This document shows, in pieces, positions 50,452 to 60,577 of a stretch of 64,000 bases of DNA. The first letter of the stretch is position 1. Every line of letters begins with the position of its first letter. The notes under the pieces were generated by a model, which worked only from the letters and a program-made list of their open reading frames with translations, had not been told where the DNA came from and made no database searches. Source of the stretch: an uncultured Acidobacteriota bacterium (lineage in GTDB: Bacteria > Acidobacteriota > Vicinamibacteria > Vicinamibacterales > SCN-69-37); contig CAVTYZ010000022.1 of the NCBI GenBank assembly GCA_963739035.1, forward strand, positions 258,015 through 322,014, read 5' to 3'. A program made the position numbers and the translations under genes.

Positions 50452-50508
50452 GGGCAAAGGGCAGAGGGCAAAGGGCAAAGGGAAGGTCGGAGGTTAGAGG
50501 TCAAAGGT
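50452..50508 (+). repeat. (AGGGCAA)n heptamer repeat with canonical G-quadruplex motif
   Basis: agggcaa|agggcag|agggcaa|agggcaa|agggaag, then gtcggag|gttagag|gtcaaag|gt. Five GGG tracts separated by 4-nt loops lie at 50452-50482, on the sense strand between the stop at 50447 and ATG 50509. Confidence 0.9.
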
Positions 50509-51876
50509 ATGCGCAGTGCACGTTCTTTGCTGGTGCTTCTCGTCCTGGCCGCCGGGCTTGGCGCGTACATCTACTTCGTCGAATCCAAGCGCGACCTGAC
50601 GGACCCTGAGACCAGGAAGGAAAAGGTCTTCACGGTCGAGACCGGGAAGATCGAGGAAGTCGAGCTGCGCTCGCCGAACGGCGACACGACGCTCAAGAAG
50701 ACCGGGACGACCTGGCAGATCGTGGCGCCGGTGACGGTGCCGGCGGACGAGTCACGACGGTCAGTTCCCTCGTGTCTGGCCTCGAGACACTCGAAATGCA
50801 GCGGTCGCTGCAGGACAATCCCGCGTCCGTCGCCCAGTTCGGATTGGACCCGGCCAGAATTTCCGTCGCGTTCAAGGTCGCGGGCGAGACCACCCAGCGC
50901 CGGCTGAATATCGGGAACAAGACACCGACCGGCTCCGATCTGTACGCTCGCGATCGAGGGACAGCCGAAGCTCTTCCTCATCGCGGCGCACCTCGAGGAT
51001 ACGCTGAATCGTTCGACGTTCGACCTCCGTGAAAGATCGCTCCTCAAGTTCGAGCGGGACGGTGTCGATGCCATCCGCATTGCCCCGTCGGGATCGCCGG
51101 CCGTCACACTCGCCCGGAGCGGCGCCGACTGGCGCCTCACCGCGCCAGTGGCTACGCGTGCCGACTCGAGCGCCGTCGACTCGCTCATCAACCGCCTGTC
51201 GCAGGCCACGTTCAAAGGAGTGGTCGCGGGAGAACCGACGCCGGCCTCCGACGCCGACCTGAAGAAGCACGGACTCGACCGTCCGCGATTCGTTCTGGAG
51301 CTCGGCGCGGGATCGACGCGCGCGTCGCTGGCCATCGGCAACAAGCTCGACGACAGCTCGGTGTACGCGCGCGATGTCTCGAAGCCCGTGATCGTAACGG
51401 TCGACGCCAGTCTGCTGAACGACCTGAGCAAGACGGCAGACGATCTGCGCGTCAAAGACGTGTTCGTGTTCAAGCCGTACACCGCGCTGGGCCTCGAGCT
51501 GACCCGCGCCGGTTCGACCATCTCGTTCGAGAAATCCAAACCCGCAGGAGCCGACGCCGCCGCGGCGGACGTCTGGAAACAGACGAAACCGGAAGCCAAA
51601 GACGTCAACCTGACGGGCTTCACGGATCTCTTGAACACGTTATCGGCGCTTCGCGCCGATCGATTCGTCCCGGCAGCCGCGGCGTCCGGTGACGATCTCG
51701 TCGTGGTCGCGCGGTCCGGCGACGCGGCGAAGCCTGTCGAGGAGCGGGTGACGCTGAGAAAGTCAGGCACGACCGTCCACGCGATTCGCGCGAACGAGGC
51801 CGGCGCCGCCGTGGTGCCGACGCCTGAGTTCGACAAGGCCGTGAACCAGCTCAAGGAGCTGACAGGCGCCAAGTGA
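50509..51876 (+). CDS. DUF4340-like protein (two frame jumps)
   Basis: N-terminal anchor LLVLLVLAAGLGAYIYF. Repeated beta-rich modules. Typical partner of GldG-type ABC modules. Junctions at ~50750 and ~50955. Confidence 0.6.
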
Positions 51877-53363
51877 TCGGGCGCCTGCTCGTCGCGGCGC
51901 TCAGCACCCTGCTCCTTGCCTCCCTGCCCCTGTCCGCACGCGGGCAGGACGCCGCCCTCGACGCCCTTCGAGTCGACCTCGATCGTCTGTTCGACTCGCC
52001 GCCGCTCGCCCGCGCGCTCGTCGCCGCGCGCGTCGAGTCGCTGGGGCCGCGCGGATCATCCACCGGCACGACGCGGTTGATCTACGCCCGCAACGCCGAA
52101 CGTCTGGTCGTGCCGGCGTCGAACATGAAGCTCCTGACGATCGCCGCCGCCGCCGATGCACTCGGCTGGGACTACCGCTACGAGACGCGCCTCGAAGCAG
52201 CCGGCTCCATCGCGAACGGCACGCTCACCGGCGATCTGGTCGTCGTCGGGTCCGGCGATCCGTCGATCGGATCCGCGGACGGCGGCCTCGCGCCTCTGTT
52301 TCTCGAATGGGCCGAGGCACTGCGCCGCGCGGGCATCCAGCGCGTCGACGGCCGCATCGTTGGTGATGACGACGCGTTCGATGATGAAGGACTGGGTGCG
52401 GGTTGGGCGTGGGACAACCTGGCGGCGGGCTACTCTGCGCCGGTGGGCGCGCTGAACTTCAACGAGAACGCGGCGGTCGCACGCGTGTCGGCCGCGACGT
52501 CGGCCGCCGGCGCCGCACGCGTCGAGTTCGGCCCGGCCGGTCACGGGCTCGAGCTTCGCCATGAAGTCGTGACGGGCCAGGCCGGCTCGCCGATTAGTCT
52601 GCTGTTCGTCCGGAAACCCGGGGCCTCAGCGCTCACCCTGCGAGGCTCCGTCCCGGCGGCCGGCGTCGTGGTGGCTCGAACGGCGGCGGTCGACAATCCC
52701 ACGCTGTTCTTTGTGGAAGCCCTTCGATTGGCGTTGACCTCGCGAGGCATCGCGGTGACGGGCGGCGCGTGGGACATCGACGCGCTCGCGACGCGACCAC
52801 CGACCACCGGTCGCCGCACGATCGCCGTCTACGCCTCCCCGCCGTTCTCCGCACTGGCCGGTTACGCAATCAAAGTCAGTCAGAACATGTACGCCGAAGC
52901 GTTTCTGAAGACGCTCGGCCGGGTGTCAAGCCATCGAGGGACCGCGGACGCAGGGCTCGCTGCGCTCCGCACTCGGTTGACTGGCTGGGGCGTTCCACTG
53001 GACGGCCTCGCGCTGTCCGACGGGTCAGGACTCTCTCGGTACAACTACCTCACGGCGTCAGCGGTCGTCAGTCTTCTCACTCACGTGTGGAGGACCGAGC
53101 GAATGCGCGGACCATTCGTGGCCGAGCTTCCTGTCGCGGGCCAGGATGGCACGCTGGACCTGCGAATGCGCGGTACTTCACTCGCGGGAAACGTCCAGGC
53201 CAAGACCGGCACACTCAGCAACGTTCGCGCCCTCTCGGGTTATCTCGAGCGTGCCGACCGACAGAAGCTCGTCTTCTCGATCATCGTCAATCACTACACG
53301 GCGCCGAGCGCCGAGATCGATGCGATCGTGGAAAAGGCGCTCGAAAGGCTGTTGAAGGACTGA
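51873..53363 (+). CDS. dacB: D-alanyl-D-alanine carboxypeptidase/endopeptidase (PBP4, S13)
   Basis: Signal peptide and SxxK motif PASNMKLLT. Intact 496 aa. The GTG start overlaps the upstream stop (GTGA). Confidence 0.85.
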   Translation: MIGRLLVAALSTLLLASLPLSARGQDAALDALRVDLDRLFDSPPLARALVAARVESLGPRGSSTGTTRLIYARNAERLVVPASNMKLLTIAAAADALGWDYRYETRLEAAGSIANGTLTGDLVVVGSGDPSIGSADGGLAPLFLEWAEALRRAGIQRVDGRIVGDDDAFDDEGLGAGWAWDNLAAGYSAPVGALNFNENAAVARVSAATSAAGAARVEFGPAGHGLELRHEVVTGQAGSPISLLFVRKPGASALTLRGSVPAAGVVVARTAAVDNPTLFFVEALRLALTSRGIAVTGGAWDIDALATRPPTTGRRTIAVYASPPFSALAGYAIKVSQNMYAEAFLKTLGRVSSHRGTADAGLAALRTRLTGWGVPLDGLALSDGSGLSRYNYLTASAVVSLLTHVWRTERMRGPFVAELPVAGQDGTLDLRMRGTSLAGNVQAKTGTLSNVRALSGYLERADRQKLVFSIIVNHYTAPSAEIDAIVEKALERLLKD

Positions 53364-53375
53364 GGCGGCGCCATG

Positions 53376-53996
53376 TCAGATCGTCTCGTTTACGGACGCG
53401 ATCACCACCCGGGTCTTCGACAGGAGCTCGAACGCCCGCTGCTGCTTCTCGGTGAAGAACACGAACGCAGCGTCCACCGGAAAAACTCCCTCCAGGGCGA
53501 TCGGCAACACCCTGACGAACGCCTGGCCCAGGCCGATCCGTGCACCGCTCAGCCGGACGACGCGAAGTCCGAGAAGCCACTTCCCAAAGGTCTGGCCGAA
53601 CCAGTATTCCGCCAGAACCGTGCCGGCAGCGAACAGCAGCGGACCGCCAACGATGATGATCAGGGGAAGAAACATCAACACAACACCCCTCTCGGCGAAG
53701 GTCATCCAGATCCCCCACGCCAACGGCGCGAGGACAAGGAAGGCCGCGAGGAAATCGATGACTTTCGCGGCGAACCGTCGCCAGAGCGTGGGCGCGACGA
53801 GCGGCACGGCGCTCAAGTACGACTCGGCCAGCGCGATCGGACTGCCGAGCTGGCGGACGACCTCGTCAATCGGCTGGCCGGCAGCCAGCCGCTCGGCAAT
53901 GTGACCGCGTAGCTCGAGCGCGATCTGCGAGCGCTGCGGCGTCGCGTCAGGCATGTTCCGGAGAACCTCGTTGATGTACCCCTCAGCGGTTGCCAT
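53376..53996 (-). CDS. membrane protein with N-terminal DUF1700-like helix and RDD-like domain
   Basis: Sequence features: YINEVLRNMP..., hydrophobic WRRFAAKVIDFLAAFLVL... The start overlaps the padR 3' end by 14 nt. Intact. Confidence 0.6.
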   Translation of the reverse strand: MATAEGYINEVLRNMPDATPQRSQIALELRGHIAERLAAGQPIDEVVRQLGSPIALAESYLSAVPLVAPTLWRRFAAKVIDFLAAFLVLAPLAWGIWMTFAERGVVLMFLPLIIIVGGPLLFAAGTVLAEYWFGQTFGKWLLGLRVVRLSGARIGLGQAFVRVLPIALEGVFPVDAAFVFFTEKQQRAFELLSKTRVVIASVNETI

Positions 53997-54366
53997 CGGC
54001 GTCTCCTTCCCGTCCGAGCAACTCGCCCATCACACGGGCGAAGCTCATCCATTCCTTGCGCAACGTCTTCAACTCGTGGCGCCCTTCGTCGGTGAGCCGG
54101 TAGTACTTCCGGGGAACCCCGCGCACCGGCGTCTCCCATCGCACCGCCACAAGGCCTGCGCGTTCGAGACGGTACAAGACCGGATAGAGCGTGCCGTCGG
54201 TCACTTCCAGTGCCCCGTTGGTGCGGCCCGTCAGCTCCGAGACGATCTCGTAGCCATAGGCCTCGCGACCGTTTAGCAGGTGCAGGACGATGAGCTCCAG
54301 CGAGCCCCGTTTGAGCTCCCGCTCGATCCCCCGGCGGCTGGTGTCGGGGTTGTCCTGGGCCATCAC
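53983..54366 (-). CDS. PadR-family transcriptional regulator
   Basis: Motifs LELIVLHLLNGREAYGYEIV and GTLYPVLYRLERAGLV. Intact. Confidence 0.9.
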   Translation of the reverse strand: MMAQDNPDTSRRGIERELKRGSLELIVLHLLNGREAYGYEIVSELTGRTNGALEVTDGTLYPVLYRLERAGLVAVRWETPVRGVPRKYYRLTDEGRHELKTLRKEWMSFARVMGELLGREGDADGNR

Positions 54367-54371
54367 TAGCC

Positions 54372-54417
54372 ATTGTTACAAACAATACCTTGTTACGCAA
54401 GATATATTACGTAACAA
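54372..54417. promoter_or_regulatory. AT-rich inverted repeats upstream of padR (candidate operator/promoter)
   Basis: attgttacaaacaat (54372-54386) and ttgttacg-N12-cgtaacaa (54390-54417). There are three TTGTTAC-type half-sites. Confidence 0.45.
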
Positions 54418-54482
54418 TTCGCCGAATGTTCGATGAGTCTACTTCCGGGGTGCGGGTAGGTCCTCGGGAGGAAGCAACCCCT

Positions 54483-54525
54483 CCAAAAGCAGAGCGGCCG
54501 TGACGGTGAGGACCGTCACGGCCGC
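54483..54525 (-). terminator. intrinsic terminator downstream of the Bat-like operon
   Basis: A perfect 14-bp stem gcggccgtgacggt / accgtcacggccgc (54494-54525) with a 4-nt loop. On the minus strand it is followed by UCUGCUUUUGG. It lies 79 nt after the stop at 54604. Confidence 0.7.
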
Positions 54526-54603
54526 TATTTCAGGCAACGCTTCACTCACCCGCGATCGTCAATCCACCACGTTCCTCAATCGCAGATCGCCGATCCGCAA
54601 TTC

Positions 54604-57600
54604 TTATTTCTGTCCCCCCGGCCTGCGCGACAGCTCGCGGAAGTACTCGCTGACCATCGGGCGATACGGCGCTGGCGCGTCGTCGGCGCCGGCAAGGTAG
54701 AGCTCGTTGCTCGTCGGGTCCGTCCGCTTCCGGAGGTCGAACTCGAGTTTGCGCAGTGTCTCCAGGGCGGACGCGGTGAGTTCCTGAATTCCGCGGGGAT
54801 CGCCGTCGAGCCGGCTCGTGCCCTCACGCAACGCGCGCGCGACTTCATCAATCGCGCGAAGGTCCGCATTCCCCGCACCACCTGCCTGCAATTGGCGCCT
54901 GAGATCCGAAGCTTCGGCCGCCATCTGTCCGAACTGATTCCGCAGCTGTCGGGGATCACCGTTGTATCCGCCAGCACGCGCATCGCCGCCCGCGGGCCCG
55001 CCTGCGAGACGGCCGCCGAAGTCGCCATTGCCGAGACGCATCTCGCCGTTTCGACCCTGGCCCTGGCCCTGCTGACCACCCTGGCCTTGACCTTGCCCTG
55101 ACCTTGCTGCCCCTGCCTTGGCCCTGGCCCTGGCCCTGGCCCTGGCCCTGCTGGCCCTGACCCTGACCTCGTCCCTGGCCCTGCTGACCTTGCTGTCCCT
55201 GCTGACCTTGGCCTTGTTGGCCTTGGCCTTGCTGGCCCTGCTGCCTGACCTTGACCCTGGCGGCCCTGGCCCTGTTGGCCTTGCTGACCTTGGCCTTGTT
55301 CGCCTTGCTCCGAACCCTGGCCCTGTTGACCTTGCTGGCCCTGCCGCCCGCTCTGGCCTTGCTGACTCATCTGATCGTTCAGCGTCGAGAGGCCGCGAAG
55401 AAGGTTGCCGGCCTGCTGCGTCGCGCGGTCGAGACCACGTCCCTGCTGAGCCTTGTCGGATGCCTCGACAGCCTCGCCCACACGCTGACGGACGGTCTCG
55501 AGATCCTGTGAGACTCGCGTCTCCGCGCGGTCCGCATCCGGCGTGGACATCAACTGCTTCGAGTAGTCGATGATCTCCTTGACCTGACGGCTGCGAATCG
55601 TGCCGGCCGCTTCCTGCAGTTTGCGGGCCGATTCGCGTTCGCCTCCCGACAGCGCCTGTCGGCCCTGCGTGTCGAGCTGCTGCTCGAGTTGGGCGACACC
55701 GTTTCGCAGCTGGTCCTTCTGCTGCGACAGTTGACGCATCTGCTGCATCGCGCTGCTGACCGGCAGGTTGTCCGTTGGCCGATCGAACTCCAGCGGCAAT
55801 TTCATTCTGCCGGCGCGCGAGCGCCTCCGCCTGGCTCAGCGTGTCGCGAATCGACTGCTGGCTCTGCTGGGTCTGCTGCTGCTGGAGCGCCTGTGCCGCT
55901 TCCTGCAGCCTCTGGGCTGCCTGCTGTGCCGATGCACTGCCAGCCTGCCCGTTGGCCGCCGCCTGCCGCATCGAATTCGCCGACTCCTGCAGCCGGCGCG
56001 CCGCGTCCTGAAGGGCCTGGGTCTGCTGGCCCTGCCGCTCAGCCTCACGACGAAGCTGCTCGAGCTGCCGAGCCGTCTGTTCCAGCTCGTCCGCGAGCGC
56101 GCGCTGTGAGTCGCCGGAGCCGCCGCCTTGCTGACCGCGTTGCGCCCGAGCACGCTGCTCCTCGGCCTGCATCTGGCGCCGCGCGAGCTCTCTCAATCGC
56201 TCGGCAATCTGATCGACCTCTTGACTGCCCTGCTGCTGCGCCGCCTGTTGCTGCATCTCGTACTGGTTCGCCATGCGATCCAGCTCGAGCTGGAACAGGT
56301 CCGCCAGCTCCGAGGCGTTCTGATTTCCGCCGCCACCGCCCCCGCCGCCACCACCACCGCCGCCGCCCTGCTGGACTTCGAGCTCGTACAGCTGCTCCGC
56401 TTCCTGGAGGAACTTGAGCGCGCGGCCCTGCGGCGCGCGAGCTTCCTTCGGCTTGAGCGCCTTCAGCTGGGCCTCAGCCGCGCTCATCTCATTGGCTGCT
56501 TTCGGCAATAGCTCGGCAATCTTGCGCAAATTCTCCGTCCCGCCTCCGCCGAGCCGCTGACGCATCTGGCCTACGAGCTCCTCGACCTCTTCGCGCAGCT
56601 TGCTCTGCGACAGGCCGACGAACACCGTGTCTTCCTTGAACTTGTCCGCGGTCATCTTCGGCTTGTCGCGCTCGACGTTGTAGGTTGCCGACATGATTTG
56701 CCGCTGCTGCTCGGACAGCGCGCCCGCCTGGTTCTGCTGTCCGCCGCCACCGCCGCCGCCACCGCCGCCAGCCTGTGACTGCGCGCGGCGGAAGTCCTGG
56801 CGGAATGGCCGGACCTCAATGAAATAGATGTCGCTCGAGACGCTCTTCGGGCCCTTGACGGTGTCGGTATCGGTCGCCTTCGCGTAGTACGACACGAAGT
56901 CGCCGGCCTTCACATCCATCTCCTCGAGATAGACGGTGTGGCTGCCGCTCACCTCAGTGAGCGACTGTGCGCCCTTGTTGTAAAGCGGGACGGTCTTCTC
57001 GGGACCGCCGTTTACCGAGTACACGAGGTCCAGCGACCGGACACCGAAGTCGTCGTCGGCGCGCGCCTGCAGGAACACTTCCTCGACCGGGCTGGCCTTG
57101 ATGTCGCGCTTGGGCTTCTCGAAGGTGACGGTCGGCGCCTGATCGTCAATCGCATCAATCGTGAACTTCGGCGAGGCGGTCACTCGCTCGCCCTTCGGGC
57201 CGGTCAGCTCCACGTGGTAGTAGCCGTCGTCGGCAATCGTGAAGGCCCCGGTGAGGATGCCGTCCGCGCCCACTGCCAGGGCAGCGGGTGCACCCGGATC
57301 AAGCGCGAGCGCGCCGCCGGGTGTCGTCATCGTGGACTTCACCTTCACGCGCACCTGAGTACCGCGCAGGGCCGCGACGTCACCGCCGGACTCCACGGTC
57401 TGCGGCGGCAGACCGGTGTAGGCCGGGAACACGTACTCGAGCTCGAGCGTGTCCACGGCGGGCAACTCGACGAGCGCCATCTTGTAGGTCGGCGACGCCA
57501 CGCCGTCGGCCTCGACGTAGTAGGACAGAGGCTTCTTGAGGTCGAACAGCATGCCCTCGAATGCCCCGGCCTCACTCGATTCCACCAACGGGACGCGCTG

Positions 57601-58328
57601 GAACGCCTGTTCGCCTTCAGGGCGCATCATCAGGGCGACGTTCGAGGATCGGAACCCGGTGAGGACTGCCGACACGGACTGGTCGGAACCTTTCGGCACC
57701 GTCACGTCACCGGGGGTGACCTTGATCGCGTATGGGCTGGCGGCTTCCGCGCTTCGCGACAGGACGAGGAGCGCGGACGCGCCCTGACGGAAGAACTCCG
57801 GGCCGACGACGAGCAGAAGCGCCGCAGCCGCCGCCAACGCCCCGAGCACCAAGGTTCGCCGGCGAATAGTTCTCCTGCCAATCTCGCGGCCGCCCTGAAT
57901 TGACCGGCAACGTTCGACGGCCTGCTCTACCATGCGGTCGAGAATCACGCGCGGCACGCCGGCCGGCTGCTCACCACCGCTCGTGGCGCCGATGTCCACG
58001 GCACTCAACATGGCGGCCTGAAGCGATGGTTCGTGCTCCTCGATGTAGAGGGCAACCTGGACATCGGACACGGTGCGACGCATTGGCCGCACGAGCCAGA
58101 CGCCGACAAGCGCCGACAGCGTCGCGAGAAACGCGATGCGGAAACCGGTGACCGACGACGGGCTGAAGCGGAGCTCCTGAAGACCCCAGGACGCCAAGGT
58201 GAGCGCGGCGAGACCGCCGCCGAGCACGATGATGCCTCCGCCAAGCAGAAGCTTCGTCCGCCATCGGCGTCTCACCTGCCGGATGACCTCGACCAGCTCC
58301 TGATGACCGCCGCTGCTGGATCAGTCAT
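54604..58328 (-). CDS. giant membrane-anchored Gly/Gln-rich coiled-coil protein (DUF4175-like) (about four frame jumps)
   Basis: Two N-terminal TM helices, a beta-rich middle, poly-Gly runs of 10 and 14, Q/E/R-rich coiled-coil-like segments and a (GQ)n region. ATG 58328 has a GGAG upstream. Junctions at ~58310, ~55805, ~55245 and ~55105. Confidence 0.6.
55055..55365 (-). repeat. coding hexanucleotide microsatellite-like region (CAGGGC/CAAGGC)n encoding (GQ)n
   Basis: Plus-strand ctggcc/ttggcc units, including five perfect gccctg units around 55121-55150. Two of the frame jumps of the gene fall inside it. Confidence 0.85.
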
Positions 58329-58402
58329 GATTTCTCCTCGGATATTCCGAGCTTAGCATTCCATTTCTCGTCAAGAGCCCGTGTCGCAGAAATGTCACAG
58401 CT

Positions 58403-58483
58403 GGGGCGTGCGGCTTGAGGCTTGCGGCTTGGCTCCTGAACAGACCGGTACTGGCCCCAAGCCCCAGGCCACAAGCCCGAGCC
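58403..58483. repeat. two-arm heptamer repeat hairpin (GGCTTGN arms) between two genes of the Bat-like operon
   Basis: Left arm 58403-58435: ggcgtgc|ggcttga|ggcttgc|ggcttgg. 17-nt loop. Right arm 58453-58483: ccccaag|ccccagg|ccacaag|cccgagc. It starts immediately after the stop at 58483-58485. Confidence 0.8.
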
Positions 58484-60570
58484 TACGTTTTCAACCCCAG
58501 CTTTTTCGACTGAATGTTCGACAACACGGCCTCGATGAGAAGCAGCGAGAGTCCCGCCACGAGGAGGAACCACCAGAGCGACTGGCGCTTCTCGAGATCG
58601 ACCGAAGTGGGAGCCGGCTGGTCGAAGGACTGACCCGCGGCCGCCGCCGAGGCGGTACCAACGGCACCCGAAATATCGGTCGGCGGGAGCGACGTCAGGT
58701 CGGACTCCGCCGGATCGAGGTTGACGGCCACCGTGAATGGACGACGGTCGCCCGTGCCCGGGAGTCGGACCGAGTAGAAGCCCTGCTCCGCGAGCTCGAC
58801 GGCCGGCGCACCCTCGCCGCCGAGCGTCGTCTGCTGTCCACCCGGCGACACGACCACGCCGCTTCGTCCCGCGCCGGGCAGAATGCTTGCCTGCCCCTGC
58901 CGAACCATCGACGCGACCGGCGCCGCAATGTCGAGCATGCGGCCGACGGTGTGCCATTCCTCGAGGTCGCCGTACTGCGCCAGGTACTTGACCGTCTCGT
59001 GGAGCAGCGGCAGGAACATCGCGTGACGCGGAAAGTCGTTCCAGTCACCGTCGAGCGTGGACGTGAACGCGATCACGCGTCCGCTGCCCGCCCGGCGTTC
59101 GACGATCGCCGCTGCGCCGTCGTCGAACCTGGCGAGCACCCGATCGTCGGGTGCGACGGCCAGCCTTCGATAGCGGAAGAACCGCATGTTGGCGAAGCTG
59201 CCGGCCCGCGGATCCTTGAACTGCTCGAAGATCGGATGGCTGTAGTCCGGGCTGCCAAACGTGCCCCCCCGGAATCCGGTGCGATCCACCGGATTGCTGA
59301 GGCTTCCCGGCATCAGGGGCCACGCGCCGCTGACCGGAGTGCGGCCCCCGAGGACGATGAACAGTCCGCCACCCTGGCCGACGAACTTCGTCAGAAGGTC
59401 GGCGCCGGCGGAAGACAGCGCGGCGTCGTTCAGGACGACGACGGATCGACCGTCGAGGTTCGCGGCGGTGAACCGGGAGGCTGGCACCGCGTCCACTTTG
59501 AACGGCGGCGTCTTGCTGCGGGCGAGGCCGATCGTCAGGAACTCGGCATCGGCCGGCCGGCCGTCGGCGTGCACCAACAGCACCGACAGGGTGCGGCTCG
59601 GCGAGAGCACGAAATAGAAGTCGTTGTCGCGCGCGAGCGCGTCCGAGCCGGCGCGAATGACCCCGCGCAGGTTGGCTTCGGCGACCGTCACCGGATCGAA
59701 CGTCACGCTTCCCGAGGCGTTCGGCGCGATGGTGACATTGCGCGTCGCAATCGCGCGGCCGTCCATTTCGAGCCGAACAGGCTGATTCGTCACGGCGCTC
59801 GCGCTGCGGTTCATCAGCCCGACGGCAATCGTCGCGCGCTCCTCGTTCGAAAATGTGGCCCGCTGAATCACGAGCGACGACACGCTGAGGTTGGCCGTGG
59901 CGCCGTTGCTCACCGACACGGGGGTCAGCACGGCGCCCTGCGGCAACTGAATCTCCTCCTGCCGCTCCCACCCGGATTTTTGAAAGTCGCTGATGAGGTA
60001 GGCCTCTTTGCGCTGCCGGTCGGAGCGGCTGAGCAGGCTCTGCGCTTCCCGGAGCGCGGGTGCGTAGCGAGTCGCCTCCGCGGACACGGCGGCCTGGCGC
60101 ACGGCCAGCTCGAGCTCGCCGCGGCTGGTCGTCGCGCGCACGGCTTCTTCGACACCGCGGTCGAAGAGCACAAGGGTGGCGCGGTCCTGCCCGCCGAGGC
60201 CGTTGATGATGCGTCGCGCTTCGTCCTGAGCGCGCGTCCAATGGTCGCCGTACGCCATGCTGGCGGACCGGTCCAGCAGAATGACCACATCGCGGCTGCC
60301 AGAAGACGTGATGGCCGCGGTCGCCGCCTCCGTCGCGAAGAACGGCCGGGAGAAGGCCGCAATCACGAGCGCCATCGCGGCAATCCGCATCAGCAACAGC
60401 GGCCAGTTGTGGATGCGCCGGCGTTCGACCGATTGATACGGAATGCGCCGGATGAACATCAGGGACGGGAACTCGACGATGTCCTTGCGCTCCCGCTGAA
60501 TCAAGTGGACGAAGATGGGGACCGCCACGGCGGCCAGAGCGACAAAGAACAGCGGCGCGAGAAAGGACAT
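58483..60570 (-). CDS. BatA-type N-terminal double-TM domain / von Willebrand factor A membrane protein
   Basis: Sequence features: MSFLAPLFFVALAAVAVPIFVHLI, FPSLMFI, MIDAS DRSASM, C-terminal TM. Intact 695 aa. Confidence 0.75.
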   Translation of the reverse strand: MSFLAPLFFVALAAVAVPIFVHLIQRERKDIVEFPSLMFIRRIPYQSVERRRIHNWPLLLMRIAAMALVIAAFSRPFFATEAATAAITSSGSRDVVILLDRSASMAYGDHWTRAQDEARRIINGLGGQDRATLVLFDRGVEEAVRATTSRGELELAVRQAAVSAEATRYAPALREAQSLLSRSDRQRKEAYLISDFQKSGWERQEEIQLPQGAVLTPVSVSNGATANLSVSSLVIQRATFSNEERATIAVGLMNRSASAVTNQPVRLEMDGRAIATRNVTIAPNASGSVTFDPVTVAEANLRGVIRAGSDALARDNDFYFVLSPSRTLSVLLVHADGRPADAEFLTIGLARSKTPPFKVDAVPASRFTAANLDGRSVVVLNDAALSSAGADLLTKFVGQGGGLFIVLGGRTPVSGAWPLMPGSLSNPVDRTGFRGGTFGSPDYSHPIFEQFKDPRAGSFANMRFFRYRRLAVAPDDRVLARFDDGAAAIVERRAGSGRVIAFTSTLDGDWNDFPRHAMFLPLLHETVKYLAQYGDLEEWHTVGRMLDIAAPVASMVRQGQASILPGAGRSGVVVSPGGQQTTLGGEGAPAVELAEQGFYSVRLPGTGDRRPFTVAVNLDPAESDLTSLPPTDISGAVGTASAAAAGQSFDQPAPTSVDLEKRQSLWWFLLVAGLSLLLIEAVLSNIQSKKLGLKT

Positions 60571-60577
60571 CGTCGTT

